A stretch of DNA of 64,000 nt from Candidatus Caldarchaeales archaeon (GTDB lineage Archaea > Thermoproteota > Nitrososphaeria_A > Caldarchaeales > Wolframiiraptoraceae): positions 11,076-75,075 of the forward strand of contig JBCNVN010000004.1 of the NCBI GenBank assembly GCA_039630055.1, given 5' to 3'. Each line of letters opens with the position of its first letter. Position 1 is the first letter of the stretch. Position numbers and translations under genes: made by a program. This document shows, in pieces, positions 1 through 8,516 of this stretch. The notes beneath the pieces were generated by a model that saw only the letters and a program-made list of their open reading frames with translations, ran no database searches and had not been told where the DNA came from.

Positions 1-821
1 ATCTCTCTAAACATCTTCTCTTCTTCAAGTGTTATCTGGAGAGTTTCAGGCTCTTTCCCAGCTGTCTCTATACTTACCGCCTCCAGATACATCTTGGATG
101 TTCTCAGCGGTGCCTCACCAGTCTTTTCTTGTACTGCATACAACACACCGGTGACTATCACTCTATCACCTGGTCTTGCTCTATCAACCAGATCTCCTTT
201 GAGACCTGCCTCGATACTTCTCGGCAGCTGACCCGGGGGAAGATCTTCAGGTTTCTCTTGAATCCCTATAACTTGATAATCATAATATTCGCTCTTCTCT
301 TCTATTAGTTCAAATCTCTGCCTCTTCCCCCTACACTTTATGCTATTACATGATTCGGGGAGTACGAGCCTCTGACCATTCTGAGGTATGGTCTGTTCAC
401 TTCCACATACTCTACACTTGAATACTGCTGTTCTAATTATTGGTTTAACGGCTGTAGCTCTAACTATTAAGCCATCTACTGCTATAAGTTTCCTAAGATG
501 GGAGGCTCTGATATCTCTGATCAGTATAACTTCTGGTAGATTGTATATCCTGAGTTTGAATTCTTTAACCTCTCCTGCATAAACTGGATCTTCTATCCTT
601 AATTGGTCCCATGCAGCTTTCTCGAGTAAAGGTATATACTTTAATGGTTCATCTACTATTAAGTGGCTTAACCTTTCATCGAATATCATCAAGTCGCTAA
701 AGTCTAGAGGTATGCTAGTCGATCTCTGTGCAGCAGATCTACCGATTAGAGATCTATATTTCTCTTGTTTAAAGAATTCGGCCATTCTATCCTCGATCTG
801 TGGTATGTTCTCCATCTTCAT
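1..821 (-). CDS. mcm: MCM replicative helicase, N-terminal part (gene runs off the window start)
   Basis: A minus-strand ORF is open from the ATG at 821 to base 1. It is absent from the ORF track because it is truncated. My hand translation reads MKMENIPQIEDRMAEFFKQEKYRSL...AVFKCRVCGSEQT...CNSIKCRGKRQRFELIEEKSEYYDYQVIGIQEKPEDLPPGQLPRSIEAGLKGDLVDRARPGDRVIVTGV. This matches the MCM N-terminal Zn-ribbon and OB-fold signature. Confidence 0.85.
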   Translation of the reverse strand, partial: MKMENIPQIEDRMAEFFKQEKYRSLIGRSAAQRSTSIPLDFSDLMIFDERLSHLIVDEPLKYIPLLEKAAWDQLRIEDPVYAGEVKEFKLRIYNLPEVILIRDIRASHLRKLIAVDGLIVRATAVKPIIRTAVFKCRVCGSEQTIPQNGQRLVLPESCNSIKCRGKRQRFELIEEKSEYYDYQVIGIQEKPEDLPPGQLPRSIEAGLKGDLVDRARPGDRVIVTGVLYAVQEKTGEAPLRTSKMYLEAVSIETAGKEPETLQITLEEEKMFRE

Positions 822-1351
822 CCTCCTCCAGATGGAACGATGTATCTTATCCACTCTTCTATTATGTTCTTCAAAACTTTGTATAGGATCTCTTCTTCTC
901 TACTTAGATTCTCAACTAGGCTTGGATCAACTCTCTTCGCTGCTAATACCAAGATCTTGTTAACTCTCAGAGAGATTATGTCCATAATTACACTTCTCGA
1001 GGCATGGTCGAGTTTAGGATCTTCTCTAATGGATAAATAAAAGAATCTTGGAACTTCTTGAAGTTGCCTTGGATTATTCTTCTCCTTCCACTCTAGTTGG
1101 ACTAGATTCTTCATATCTATTATTTTTTCTTCAAACTCGACTATTCCTTCTTCATATAGTTTTGAGGCAGCCCATTTAACTATAGATAATATAGTTCCCT
1201 TCCTTAGATTCTCGAAAGATTGACCTGGTAAGAAAATCCTCTGTATGTCCCTACTTAAGATTACCTTCTTCTCAGAATTTTCATACTCTAACTCGACAAG
1301 CCTAAGGAGTTTCTTAAATTCTTCAACGACTGCCTCTACACCCATCTCCAT
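818..1351 (-). CDS. GINS complex subunit (Gins23-like)
   Basis: 177-aa ORF. The helical A-domain-like segment sits at the C-terminus (RSVIMDIISLRVNKILVLAAKRVDP...EEEILYKVLKNIIEEW), the B-A domain order of Gins23. Its stop overlaps the mcm start in an ATGA (818-821). The gins23-mcm adjacency is known in Sulfolobus. Confidence 0.55.
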   Translation of the reverse strand: MEMGVEAVVEEFKKLLRLVELEYENSEKKVILSRDIQRIFLPGQSFENLRKGTILSIVKWAASKLYEEGIVEFEEKIIDMKNLVQLEWKEKNNPRQLQEVPRFFYLSIREDPKLDHASRSVIMDIISLRVNKILVLAAKRVDPSLVENLSREEEILYKVLKNIIEEWIRYIVPSGGG

Positions 1352-1526
1352 CTAGGTTTGAAATATTCATAGTCGAATTTATCTGAGAGAGACTTATCTA
1401 AAAATGGGGCAGACTCAAGAAATCTCCCAAAACATACATGGAAAAGACATAACAAATTAAAGATTAGCAACTGGGGTTAGATTATAAAGTTAAGCAAAAA
1501 TACAACCAAGAATTATATTATAGGCG

Positions 1527-1618
1527 GCGGCCGTCGTCTAGTCTGGAAGGACACTGGCCTTCCGAGAACCATTTTCAAAGAAAGCCAGTGGTCGCGGGTT
1601 CAAATCCCGCCGGCCGCA
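1527..1618 (+). tRNA. tRNA-Gly (anticodon UCC) with an ~18-nt intron in the anticodon loop; CCA not encoded
   Basis: Hand-folded cloverleaf. The acceptor is GCGGCCG/CGGCCGC plus discriminator A. The D stem is GTCT/GGAC. The anticodon stem is CTGGC (1554-1558) paired with GCCAG (1584-1588). The loop starts CTTCC, with TCC at 1561-1563. There are 25 nt between the stem halves, which is 7 loop nt plus 18 intron nt. The T arm is GCGGG-TTCAAAT-CCCGC. Confidence 0.8.
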
Positions 1619-1795
1619 TAATCTAATAATAATTTTTATAAATCAAACATGATTTATCACAATATGTATAGAAAGGCGTTATCGGATGTCTGGATCTTAC
1701 TTTAAAGATGTGGCTAAGATTGATGTACTTCTCATTGGTATAGCCTTAATTATTCAGGCATCGATCGCACTCCACTCTCAATAACCTATTATTGT

Positions 1796-2068
1796 ATGGC
1801 TTTTAGGAGCACCTACATGGAGATACCATTCACATCCTACTCCTCTCCGAGTAGAGTAATTATAATAGAAGCAAATCAAGAACTGGAGAAAGTGAGAGTA
1901 CTTGATAATAGTTCAAATATTCTCTGCTTATTCGATAAGATACCAAGGAACTCGGAAGAGATTTGTAATGTGAAAGAATATGAGGTATATCTAGTTCAGT
2001 ATAACGGACTTAAGGATGCTGTTGAGTGTATGAAGCCGGAAATAATCGAGCCGAGACCGATCGACTAA
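1796..2068 (+). CDS. hypothetical protein (90 aa)
   Basis: This is the only sizeable ORF in the 1619-2185 gap. I recognised no motif. Confidence 0.25.
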   Translation: MAFRSTYMEIPFTSYSSPSRVIIIEANQELEKVRVLDNSSNILCLFDKIPRNSEEICNVKEYEVYLVQYNGLKDAVECMKPEIIEPRPID

Positions 2069-2156
2069 GATAAGTAGATCTCCAAGATAATCTATTCATT
2101 CAAGATGAAGTTTCTAGATCACGACTACCCATAGTAGATATAATATATTTAAATAT

Positions 2157-2183
2157 TATCGATAACGATATCGAGATCGATAC
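2157..2183. promoter_or_regulatory. Cluster of three ATCGAT-core palindromes just downstream of an AT-rich TATA-like tract; candidate PadR operator
   Basis: The palindromes are TATCGATA (2157-2164), CGATATCG (2166-2173) and ATCGAT (2176-2181). They follow atataatatatttaaatatta (about 2138-2158) and lie immediately upstream of the PadR ORF. Confidence 0.35.
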
Positions 2184-2185
2184 TA

Positions 2186-2743
2186 TTGAACCTACAGTAT
2201 CGTCTTAATAGACACTGGATGAAGCATATGGCTATCGTGCCAAAAGGTCTTCTAAGATATTACGTACTCGAACTCATATCTAAAAAACCAATCTCAGGCT
2301 CTGAGATAATGAATGAGATTGAAGAGGCGAGCGGAGGCTTGTGGAGACCAAGCCCTGGATCTATCTATCCATTACTTGAATGGTTGAGAGATAGAGGATG
2401 CATTAAGGAAGCTACAGTTAGAGAAACTGGTATAAAAAAGTATGTATTGACTTATAAGGGTAGGAAGCTTTTAGAAGAGCAGAGAGAGATAAAGAATACT
2501 CTGAAGAAGTCTTGGAAATTCTTTGCCCCACACTTTCTAAACTTGTTCTATGTCGGAGATGTTAGTGATGAAAAACGTGAATTGATCAGAAGTGTCAAAT
2601 ACTTCATGCAATCATTTGTAGATTTGGAGGATAAGATATTGGAGAAAAATTATAAAGATTGTATAGAAGATGTTGTAAAGATTCTGAAGAATGCAGCCGA
2701 GGAGCTTAATGAAGTAAGGAGGAGACTTGAGAAGGTGGGATAG
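2186..2743 (+). CDS. PadR-family winged-helix transcriptional regulator
   Basis: The sequence GLLRYYVLELISKKPISGSEIMNEIEEASGGLWRPSPGSIYPLLEWLRDRGCIKE is a typical PadR wHTH. The track start is a TTG at 2186. An ATG at 2219 (MKHMAIVPKG) is an equally plausible start. The gene abuts the ABC ATPase gene. Confidence 0.8.
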   Translation: MNLQYRLNRHWMKHMAIVPKGLLRYYVLELISKKPISGSEIMNEIEEASGGLWRPSPGSIYPLLEWLRDRGCIKEATVRETGIKKYVLTYKGRKLLEEQREIKNTLKKSWKFFAPHFLNLFYVGDVSDEKRELIRSVKYFMQSFVDLEDKILEKNYKDCIEDVVKILKNAAEELNEVRRRLEKVG

Positions 2744-3748
2744 ATGAAGAATGATGTGATAATCGTTGAGGGTTTGACCAAGATCTTCGACAGAAACTTT
2801 GTTGCTGTAGATCACATTAACTTTACCGTTAAAGAGATGGAGATATTCGGATTATTAGGACCTAACGGTGCAGGTAAAACGACCACGATCAATATGTTGA
2901 CAACCGTCTTGAAGCCTACGGAGGGTAGAGCATCTATACTTGGATATGATGTAGTCAAACAAGCTAATATAGTTAGGAGGCTTGTAGGGGTGGTCCCACA
3001 AGATTACACGGCTGATGAAGACTTGACAGGATACGAGAACATCATCTTATGCGGTGACCTTTATGGAATACCAAGAGAAGTATCTGAGAAGGTTGCTATC
3101 GAACTTTTAGAATTTTTAGAGCTATCGAAGTTTAAAGACAAGAAGGTAGAGACCTATTCTGGAGGTATGAGGAGGAGGCTTGAACTAGCATGTGGTTTAA
3201 TAAATAGACCGAAAGTATTATTTTTAGATGAGCCGACGCTAGGTCTAGACGTTCAGACTAGGGCCGCCATATGGAGTTATATCAAGAAGTTGAGAGAAGA
3301 ATATAATATGACTATCCTCATGACGACTCATTATATGGAGGAGGCAGATAACCTATGTGATAGAATAGCCATAATAGACCATGGAAAGATTGTGATCGTC
3401 GGATCACCGGAAGAATTAAAGAATAGTATTGGAAGCGATGTTATAGAAGTTGTGGTCAAAGAGAGACAGGATATTACGAATCTAATTCAGACAATAGATT
3501 ATGTAAAAGACGTAAATAGGATAAGTGATTCATCATACTTGATTAGATTAGAGAATGGGGAGAGCATAGCACCTTCGATCATTGAGACGATTAGGAATAA
3601 TGGATATCATATATTAAAGTTATCCTTTAGGAAGCCTACTCTAGACGAGGTCTTTCTAACCTATACTGGTAAGACTCTGAGAGATGTAACAGAGGGTAGA
3701 GAATTTCACATGGCCCGTAGGATCCTCTTAAGGAGGGCTAGAAGATGA
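2744..3748 (+). CDS. ABC transporter ATP-binding protein (ABC-2/DrrA-like exporter type)
   Basis: Walker A is GPNGAGKTT, the ABC signature is YSGGMRRRLE and Walker B is VLFLDEPTLGLD. The gene overlaps the downstream permease by 4 nt. Confidence 0.9.
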   Translation: MKNDVIIVEGLTKIFDRNFVAVDHINFTVKEMEIFGLLGPNGAGKTTTINMLTTVLKPTEGRASILGYDVVKQANIVRRLVGVVPQDYTADEDLTGYENIILCGDLYGIPREVSEKVAIELLEFLELSKFKDKKVETYSGGMRRRLELACGLINRPKVLFLDEPTLGLDVQTRAAIWSYIKKLREEYNMTILMTTHYMEEADNLCDRIAIIDHGKIVIVGSPEELKNSIGSDVIEVVVKERQDITNLIQTIDYVKDVNRISDSSYLIRLENGESIAPSIIETIRNNGYHILKLSFRKPTLDEVFLTYTGKTLRDVTEGREFHMARRILLRRARR

Positions 3749-4710
3749 AGATCGAAACAACATATCAATCGGGTTTCAAGATAATGCTTCAAGGACTCTT
3801 TGCATTGTTGGGTAGAGAACTTAAGAAATGGGTGAAGGAACCGATAATACTACTTATGGCTATAATACAGCCTGTAATGTGGATGGTCTTATTTGGGAAA
3901 TCTATGAATCTGGGAGCCATCTTTTCGACAAATGCTTTAAAGAATCTCAAAGTTCCAGACATAACTATACCGGGGAACTTGGTAAACCCATCAGTAGATG
4001 GATTGATAGTCATTCCAGGATCGGTTCTCTCAGAAAATCTCCGTAATGTCTTCTCAAGTATCGGTATACAAGCTATGGAGAACGTTTTCGGGATCTCAGA
4101 TTATTTCAGTTACCTAGCGATCGGTATGATGTCGATGATAACGATATTTACATCAACCTTCGCAGGAATGTCTATAGTCTGGGATAGAAGACTTGGGTTT
4201 CTCTATAAGGTTCTAAGTACCCCTGTTCCCAGGTCTGCCATAATACTTTCAAAAGTCTTGAATGCTGCCCTCAGGTCTATCTTCCAATCAACCATCATCC
4301 TCACTCTAGCGATTATATTAGGGGTAAGATTTAGTCCTACATTTAGCTTAGTAAACTTATTAGGGATCTATTTTGCAATCTTTCTCTTCTCTGTAGGGTT
4401 ATCTTCTCTATTCATAGCTTTTGCATTGAGATCTACTAGACATGAAACTCAGATCGCTATAGTTAACTTGGTAACGATGCCGCTTATGTTCACTAGTAAC
4501 ACGTTTTTCCCCATATCTATAATGCCGGACTGGCTTCAAGCAGTAGCAAAAATAAATCCAGTCAGCTATATGACAGATGCTCTACGTCAACTTACAGTCT
4601 ACCAGATAGACGTATCCATGCTACTCCTCGACTTAATTTATCTAACATTATTTGCGATCTCTCTTTCCTTACTAGGGATCACCTTAGCATGGAAATATCT
4701 CGTAAAATAG
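3745..4710 (+). CDS. ABC-2 type transporter permease
   Basis: 321-aa polytopic membrane protein, translationally coupled to the ATPase. It has a large first external loop typical of ABC-2 permeases. Confidence 0.8.
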   Translation: MKIETTYQSGFKIMLQGLFALLGRELKKWVKEPIILLMAIIQPVMWMVLFGKSMNLGAIFSTNALKNLKVPDITIPGNLVNPSVDGLIVIPGSVLSENLRNVFSSIGIQAMENVFGISDYFSYLAIGMMSMITIFTSTFAGMSIVWDRRLGFLYKVLSTPVPRSAIILSKVLNAALRSIFQSTIILTLAIILGVRFSPTFSLVNLLGIYFAIFLFSVGLSSLFIAFALRSTRHETQIAIVNLVTMPLMFTSNTFFPISIMPDWLQAVAKINPVSYMTDALRQLTVYQIDVSMLLLDLIYLTLFAISLSLLGITLAWKYLVK

Positions 4711-4907
4711 AAATTTGAATAACCGTTAAAAATTCTCATCTTTGAGTTTATTTTATATCTTCAAATAATTCGTGGAACAAGATTACGTTATTCTATTGTA
4801 TTCTGGCTGGTGAGGAGGTTTCGGTCAAAGAAAATAATCCATCCTTAATAATAGGTTGCACGATATAGTGATAATGTTTATATCTTCAATACTTTGGTAA
4901 AAAGGTT

Positions 4908-6446
4908 GTGATAAAAGTGAAGGCTGGAACTCCTATTCTCGAAGTGAGAGGAATAACGAAAAGATTTCCTGGAGGTGTTGTAGCTTTAGACCATGTAGAT
5001 ATCGAGATAAGGGCAGGTGAGATTCATGCTATTCTAGGCGAGAATGGTGCTGGAAAAACTACCTTGATGAATATCTTGTTCGGAGTTCTACAACCCGATG
5101 AAGGAGAGATCTACGTTAATGGAAAAAAGGTCAGGTTTAAGTCTCCACTGGATGCCATGAATGTGGGAATAGGGATGGTTCATCAGTTCAGAAAGCTGAT
5201 CCCAGCTCACACTGTAATTGAGAATATAATTCTTGGACATCCAAAGACGAAAAGCATCATCAACATGAAGAAGGCTAGGGATGAAGTTGAAGAACTATGT
5301 AAAAAATATGGTTTCAAAGTAGATCTTGATGCAAGAGTCTGGCAATTATCTGCTGGTGAGCAACAGGTGGTAGAGATATTGAGAGCACTTTATCGTGGTT
5401 CAAGAATACTTATCCTTGATGAGCCGACCTCTGTGCTAACCCCTCTAGAAATTGATGCTTTCTTGAACTCTCTGAAAGCCATGTCTAAGGAAGAGATCGC
5501 AACTATTCCATTCGTAACCCACAAGTTGCCTGAGGTATTCGCTGTAAGCGATAAGATCACGGTATTGAGGAGGGGAAAGGTCATTAAACATATTGAGACT
5601 AAGGATGCTACGATGAAAACTTTAGCAGAGTATATGGTTGGAAGAGAAGTACTATTCAAATTGGAGAAGCCGAGAGTAAGAATAGGAGAAGAAGTATTGA
5701 GAGTTGAGAAGCTTTCAGCTCTGAGTGATAAGGGGATTCCAGCTATCAAGGATGTATCATTCTCTATAAGGGAAGGAGAGATATTTGGGATCGCGGGCGT
5801 CAGTGGTAATGGTCAACAAGAATTGGCCGAAGTCATAGCTGGTCTCCGAAAACCAATCCAAGGAAGGGTTATATTCCGAGGTCAAGACATCACTAATGCA
5901 TCTGTCTTGGATCGTATGAAGATGGGGATAGGATATATCCCGCCAGAACGTTTAGGAGTCGGAGTTATTGGAAGTTTTTCACTAGCTGATAATATCTTGA
6001 TGAGCATCTATTTCGATAGCGAATTTTCCAGATTGGGTTTCTTAAAATATAGAGAAATAAGGAGATATGCTGAAAAGATCATCTCCGAGTATGAAATAGT
6101 GGCCCCAAGCATTTATACAAAAGCTGCACATCTATCGGGAGGAAATCTTCAAAGACTGATCTTGGGCAGAGTCATTCCTAGAACTTTGAAACTTCTAATT
6201 GCTAACTCGCCTACCGTCGGTCTAGATATAGCTGCAACAGAAGATGTTAGAAGGAGGTTACTAGCATGTAAAGAAAAGGGCATGAGCATCCTCTTGATCT
6301 CTGAAGATCTAGAAGAGGTTTTAGAGTTGAGCGATAGAGTTGCGCCAATATATGAGGGAAGGTTTGTTAAGGTTCTTTCAGCTGAGGAGGCTAGAAAAGA
6401 AGAGGTGGGAGCGATGATGGCGGGCGCTCTTTCAGGAGGTGGATAG
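4908..6446 (+). CDS. ABC transporter ATP-binding protein with duplicated ATPase domains (BMP/nucleoside-sugar importer type)
   Basis: GTG start. The first domain has GENGAGKTT, LSAGEQQ and ILILDEPT. The second has a degenerate P-loop GVSGNGQQE with LSGGNLQR. This is the architecture of RbsA/NupA-like importers. Confidence 0.9.
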   Translation: MIKVKAGTPILEVRGITKRFPGGVVALDHVDIEIRAGEIHAILGENGAGKTTLMNILFGVLQPDEGEIYVNGKKVRFKSPLDAMNVGIGMVHQFRKLIPAHTVIENIILGHPKTKSIINMKKARDEVEELCKKYGFKVDLDARVWQLSAGEQQVVEILRALYRGSRILILDEPTSVLTPLEIDAFLNSLKAMSKEEIATIPFVTHKLPEVFAVSDKITVLRRGKVIKHIETKDATMKTLAEYMVGREVLFKLEKPRVRIGEEVLRVEKLSALSDKGIPAIKDVSFSIREGEIFGIAGVSGNGQQELAEVIAGLRKPIQGRVIFRGQDITNASVLDRMKMGIGYIPPERLGVGVIGSFSLADNILMSIYFDSEFSRLGFLKYREIRRYAEKIISEYEIVAPSIYTKAAHLSGGNLQRLILGRVIPRTLKLLIANSPTVGLDIAATEDVRRRLLACKEKGMSILLISEDLEEVLELSDRVAPIYEGRFVKVLSAEEARKEEVGAMMAGALSGGG

Positions 6447-7532
6447 ATGGTCTCTATACAGATTACAAAATTGAAACGTGAAAGAATAGTAGTATTGACA
6501 GGTAGAGAAGCTGTCTTAATATCTATTTCTTCGCTTATTGTAGCTTTCATCATATTTAGTGGCTTCTTACTATTCGAGGGTGCTATGCCGACTGAAGCAT
6601 ATGGAAACATATTCGCATTTGCTTTCGATCCCAAGCTTGGGCTATCTACAACCCTCCACAGAGGATTCTTCATACTCTTCTCAACCTTAGCCTTTATAAT
6701 CCCGATGTCAGCGGGGCTCTGGAATATTGGAATGGAAGGACAATTCTATCTTGGAACTATTGGAGCTTTCGCAGTCGCTTATAGTCTACCCAACCTCCAC
6801 CCTGCACTTCTAATTTCATTGATGTTAATTGTAGGAGCGGTTTTCGGAGCGGGGTATGGTGCACTAGCAGGTTTCTTGAAAGGAAAGTTGAATGTAAATG
6901 AAGTCGTAGCAACTTTGATGTTAAATAATATAGCCTTCTGGCTAGTCTACTTATTGACGGTTGGAGGTCCTTGGGCAGGTATTGCTGAATCGACTAGCCG
7001 TCCTCTTCCAGCCTCTGCCCATGCACCAGTAATCTGGAATACGACTTTCACAGGATTCCTCGTAATCGGAATAGCTATACTACTCTATATCTTCCTAAAG
7101 TATTCTTCTATCGGATACCAGATCCGTGTTCTAGGGAATAGCCCAGTTGCAGCTAAACATATTGGAATAAGTGCTCCTAGATTATCGGTTCTAGTGATGG
7201 CGGTTGGTGGAGCGATAGCTGGACTCTCAGGATACCATATGTGGGCTGGAGATCCTGCCTTCTACATGATACCGAGGCCAGAGGCCTACAAAGCTATCGG
7301 CGACCTCACATACTGGGGGATACTGATAGGATTAGTCTGTCTACTCAATCCCCTCGCAGCGATCCCATTCTCGATATTCATCGGCTCGATCTTGATAGGA
7401 TCCACTGTCTTGGTTAGACGTCTACGTCTACCCTTCGGTCTAGACGTCCTATTTCTAGGAATTATCTCTCTAACGTTTGTGGCCTTCCAATTCTTCCACA
7501 ACTATAGAATTAGAAGGGTGAAGAGGGTGTAA
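6447..7532 (+). CDS. ABC transporter permease (BMP-family importer)
   Basis: 361-aa polytopic membrane protein that starts directly after the ATPase stop. Confidence 0.85.
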   Translation: MVSIQITKLKRERIVVLTGREAVLISISSLIVAFIIFSGFLLFEGAMPTEAYGNIFAFAFDPKLGLSTTLHRGFFILFSTLAFIIPMSAGLWNIGMEGQFYLGTIGAFAVAYSLPNLHPALLISLMLIVGAVFGAGYGALAGFLKGKLNVNEVVATLMLNNIAFWLVYLLTVGGPWAGIAESTSRPLPASAHAPVIWNTTFTGFLVIGIAILLYIFLKYSSIGYQIRVLGNSPVAAKHIGISAPRLSVLVMAVGGAIAGLSGYHMWAGDPAFYMIPRPEAYKAIGDLTYWGILIGLVCLLNPLAAIPFSIFIGSILIGSTVLVRRLRLPFGLDVLFLGIISLTFVAFQFFHNYRIRRVKRV

Positions 7533-7535
7533 AAT

Positions 7536-8414
7536 ATGTGGCCATTTATAGTTAGATCGCTTGAGGTGGCCACGATTCTTCTACTTGCATCCATCGGAGA
7601 ACTTTTAACTCAAAGATCGGGCGTTATCAATGTCGGTATAGAAGGATTGATGCTACTAGGAGCAGCCTCTGGATTTCTAGCGGCCATAATTTGGGGCATT
7701 ATCCCAGGATACCTAATAGGACTTCTTGTCGGAGCCTTATTCGGTCTACTTCACGCAATCTTCTCGATAACTCTGAGGGTAAACCAAGTGGTAAGCGGGA
7801 TGGGTGTATGGCTCTTCGCCATGGGTTTCGTAACCTATTGGGCGGATAGATACTCTGGTCCACTACCGCCAGGGGTTGTTTCTATCCGTATCTACGGACT
7901 CTCACCGATATTCTTCATCGCTATCGCAATAGTCTTTATCATCTGGTTCATACTAACTAAAACCCACCTAGGGCTGAAGATAAGGTCTACCGGTGAGAAT
8001 CCATTCGCAGCCGAGGTATCTGGAGTAAAAGTGATAAGAATAAGATACATGTGTACGATTATTGGTGGAGCGTTATCAGGCCTCGCGGGAGCATTTCTAT
8101 CTCTAACCTATCTAGGAGTTTGGAGTCATCTCCCAACAAAAGGGTTAGGATGGATCGCATTTGCTCTCGTTATGTTCTCCCTATGGAGACCCTCAATACT
8201 TTCAGGCGGGGCCATACTCTTCGGCTTCGTATGGCAGTTCGCTATCTCACCTGAGACAATATATGCTGGGATACCGGCTCCTCTCCCGATACTAAGGATG
8301 CTTCCATTCATCATTACAATAATACTTTTGATCATAATATCTTCAGAGAGATTTAGGAGAAGATGGTGGCTGGCTAAACCAGAAGCATTAGGTGTACCAT
8401 ATATAAAAGAATAG
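7536..8414 (+). CDS. ABC transporter permease (BMP-family importer, second subunit)
   Basis: 292-aa polytopic membrane protein, 3 nt after the preceding permease. Confidence 0.85.
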   Translation: MWPFIVRSLEVATILLLASIGELLTQRSGVINVGIEGLMLLGAASGFLAAIIWGIIPGYLIGLLVGALFGLLHAIFSITLRVNQVVSGMGVWLFAMGFVTYWADRYSGPLPPGVVSIRIYGLSPIFFIAIAIVFIIWFILTKTHLGLKIRSTGENPFAAEVSGVKVIRIRYMCTIIGGALSGLAGAFLSLTYLGVWSHLPTKGLGWIAFALVMFSLWRPSILSGGAILFGFVWQFAISPETIYAGIPAPLPILRMLPFIITIILLIIISSERFRRRWWLAKPEALGVPYIKE

Positions 8415-8516
8415 GAAACTATTCCATAAATACATTAATTTATCTTCTTTAAATAATTCAACATCAGGAAGTTTATAAAATTATAAAATAAAAAATAGAA
8501 GATATGAGAAGATATT

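Noticed and set aside
818-1351. The C-terminal ...PSGGG of the GINS-like protein as a second ubiquitin-like GG tail.
   Set aside because: The protein is 177 aa, helical and GINS-like, with no beta-grasp pattern. The glycines overlap the mcm ribosome-binding/start region (GGAGGAGGATGA), which explains them at the DNA level.
1527-4710. A tRNA-adjacent integrated element (tRNA-Gly followed by a hypothetical ORF, PadR and an ABC exporter).
   Set aside because: There is no integrase, no recognisable direct repeat of the tRNA 3' half, and no obvious compositional break by eye.
6149-6673. A 174-aa ORF on the - strand spanning the ATPase/permease junction.
   Set aside because: It is antisense to two strongly supported ABC genes and has no recognisable motif. 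I consider it a shadow ORF. The same reasoning applies to 5390..5749, 10363..10848, 16302..16637, 16899..17288, 25433..25876, 34176..34547 and 36584..36973.
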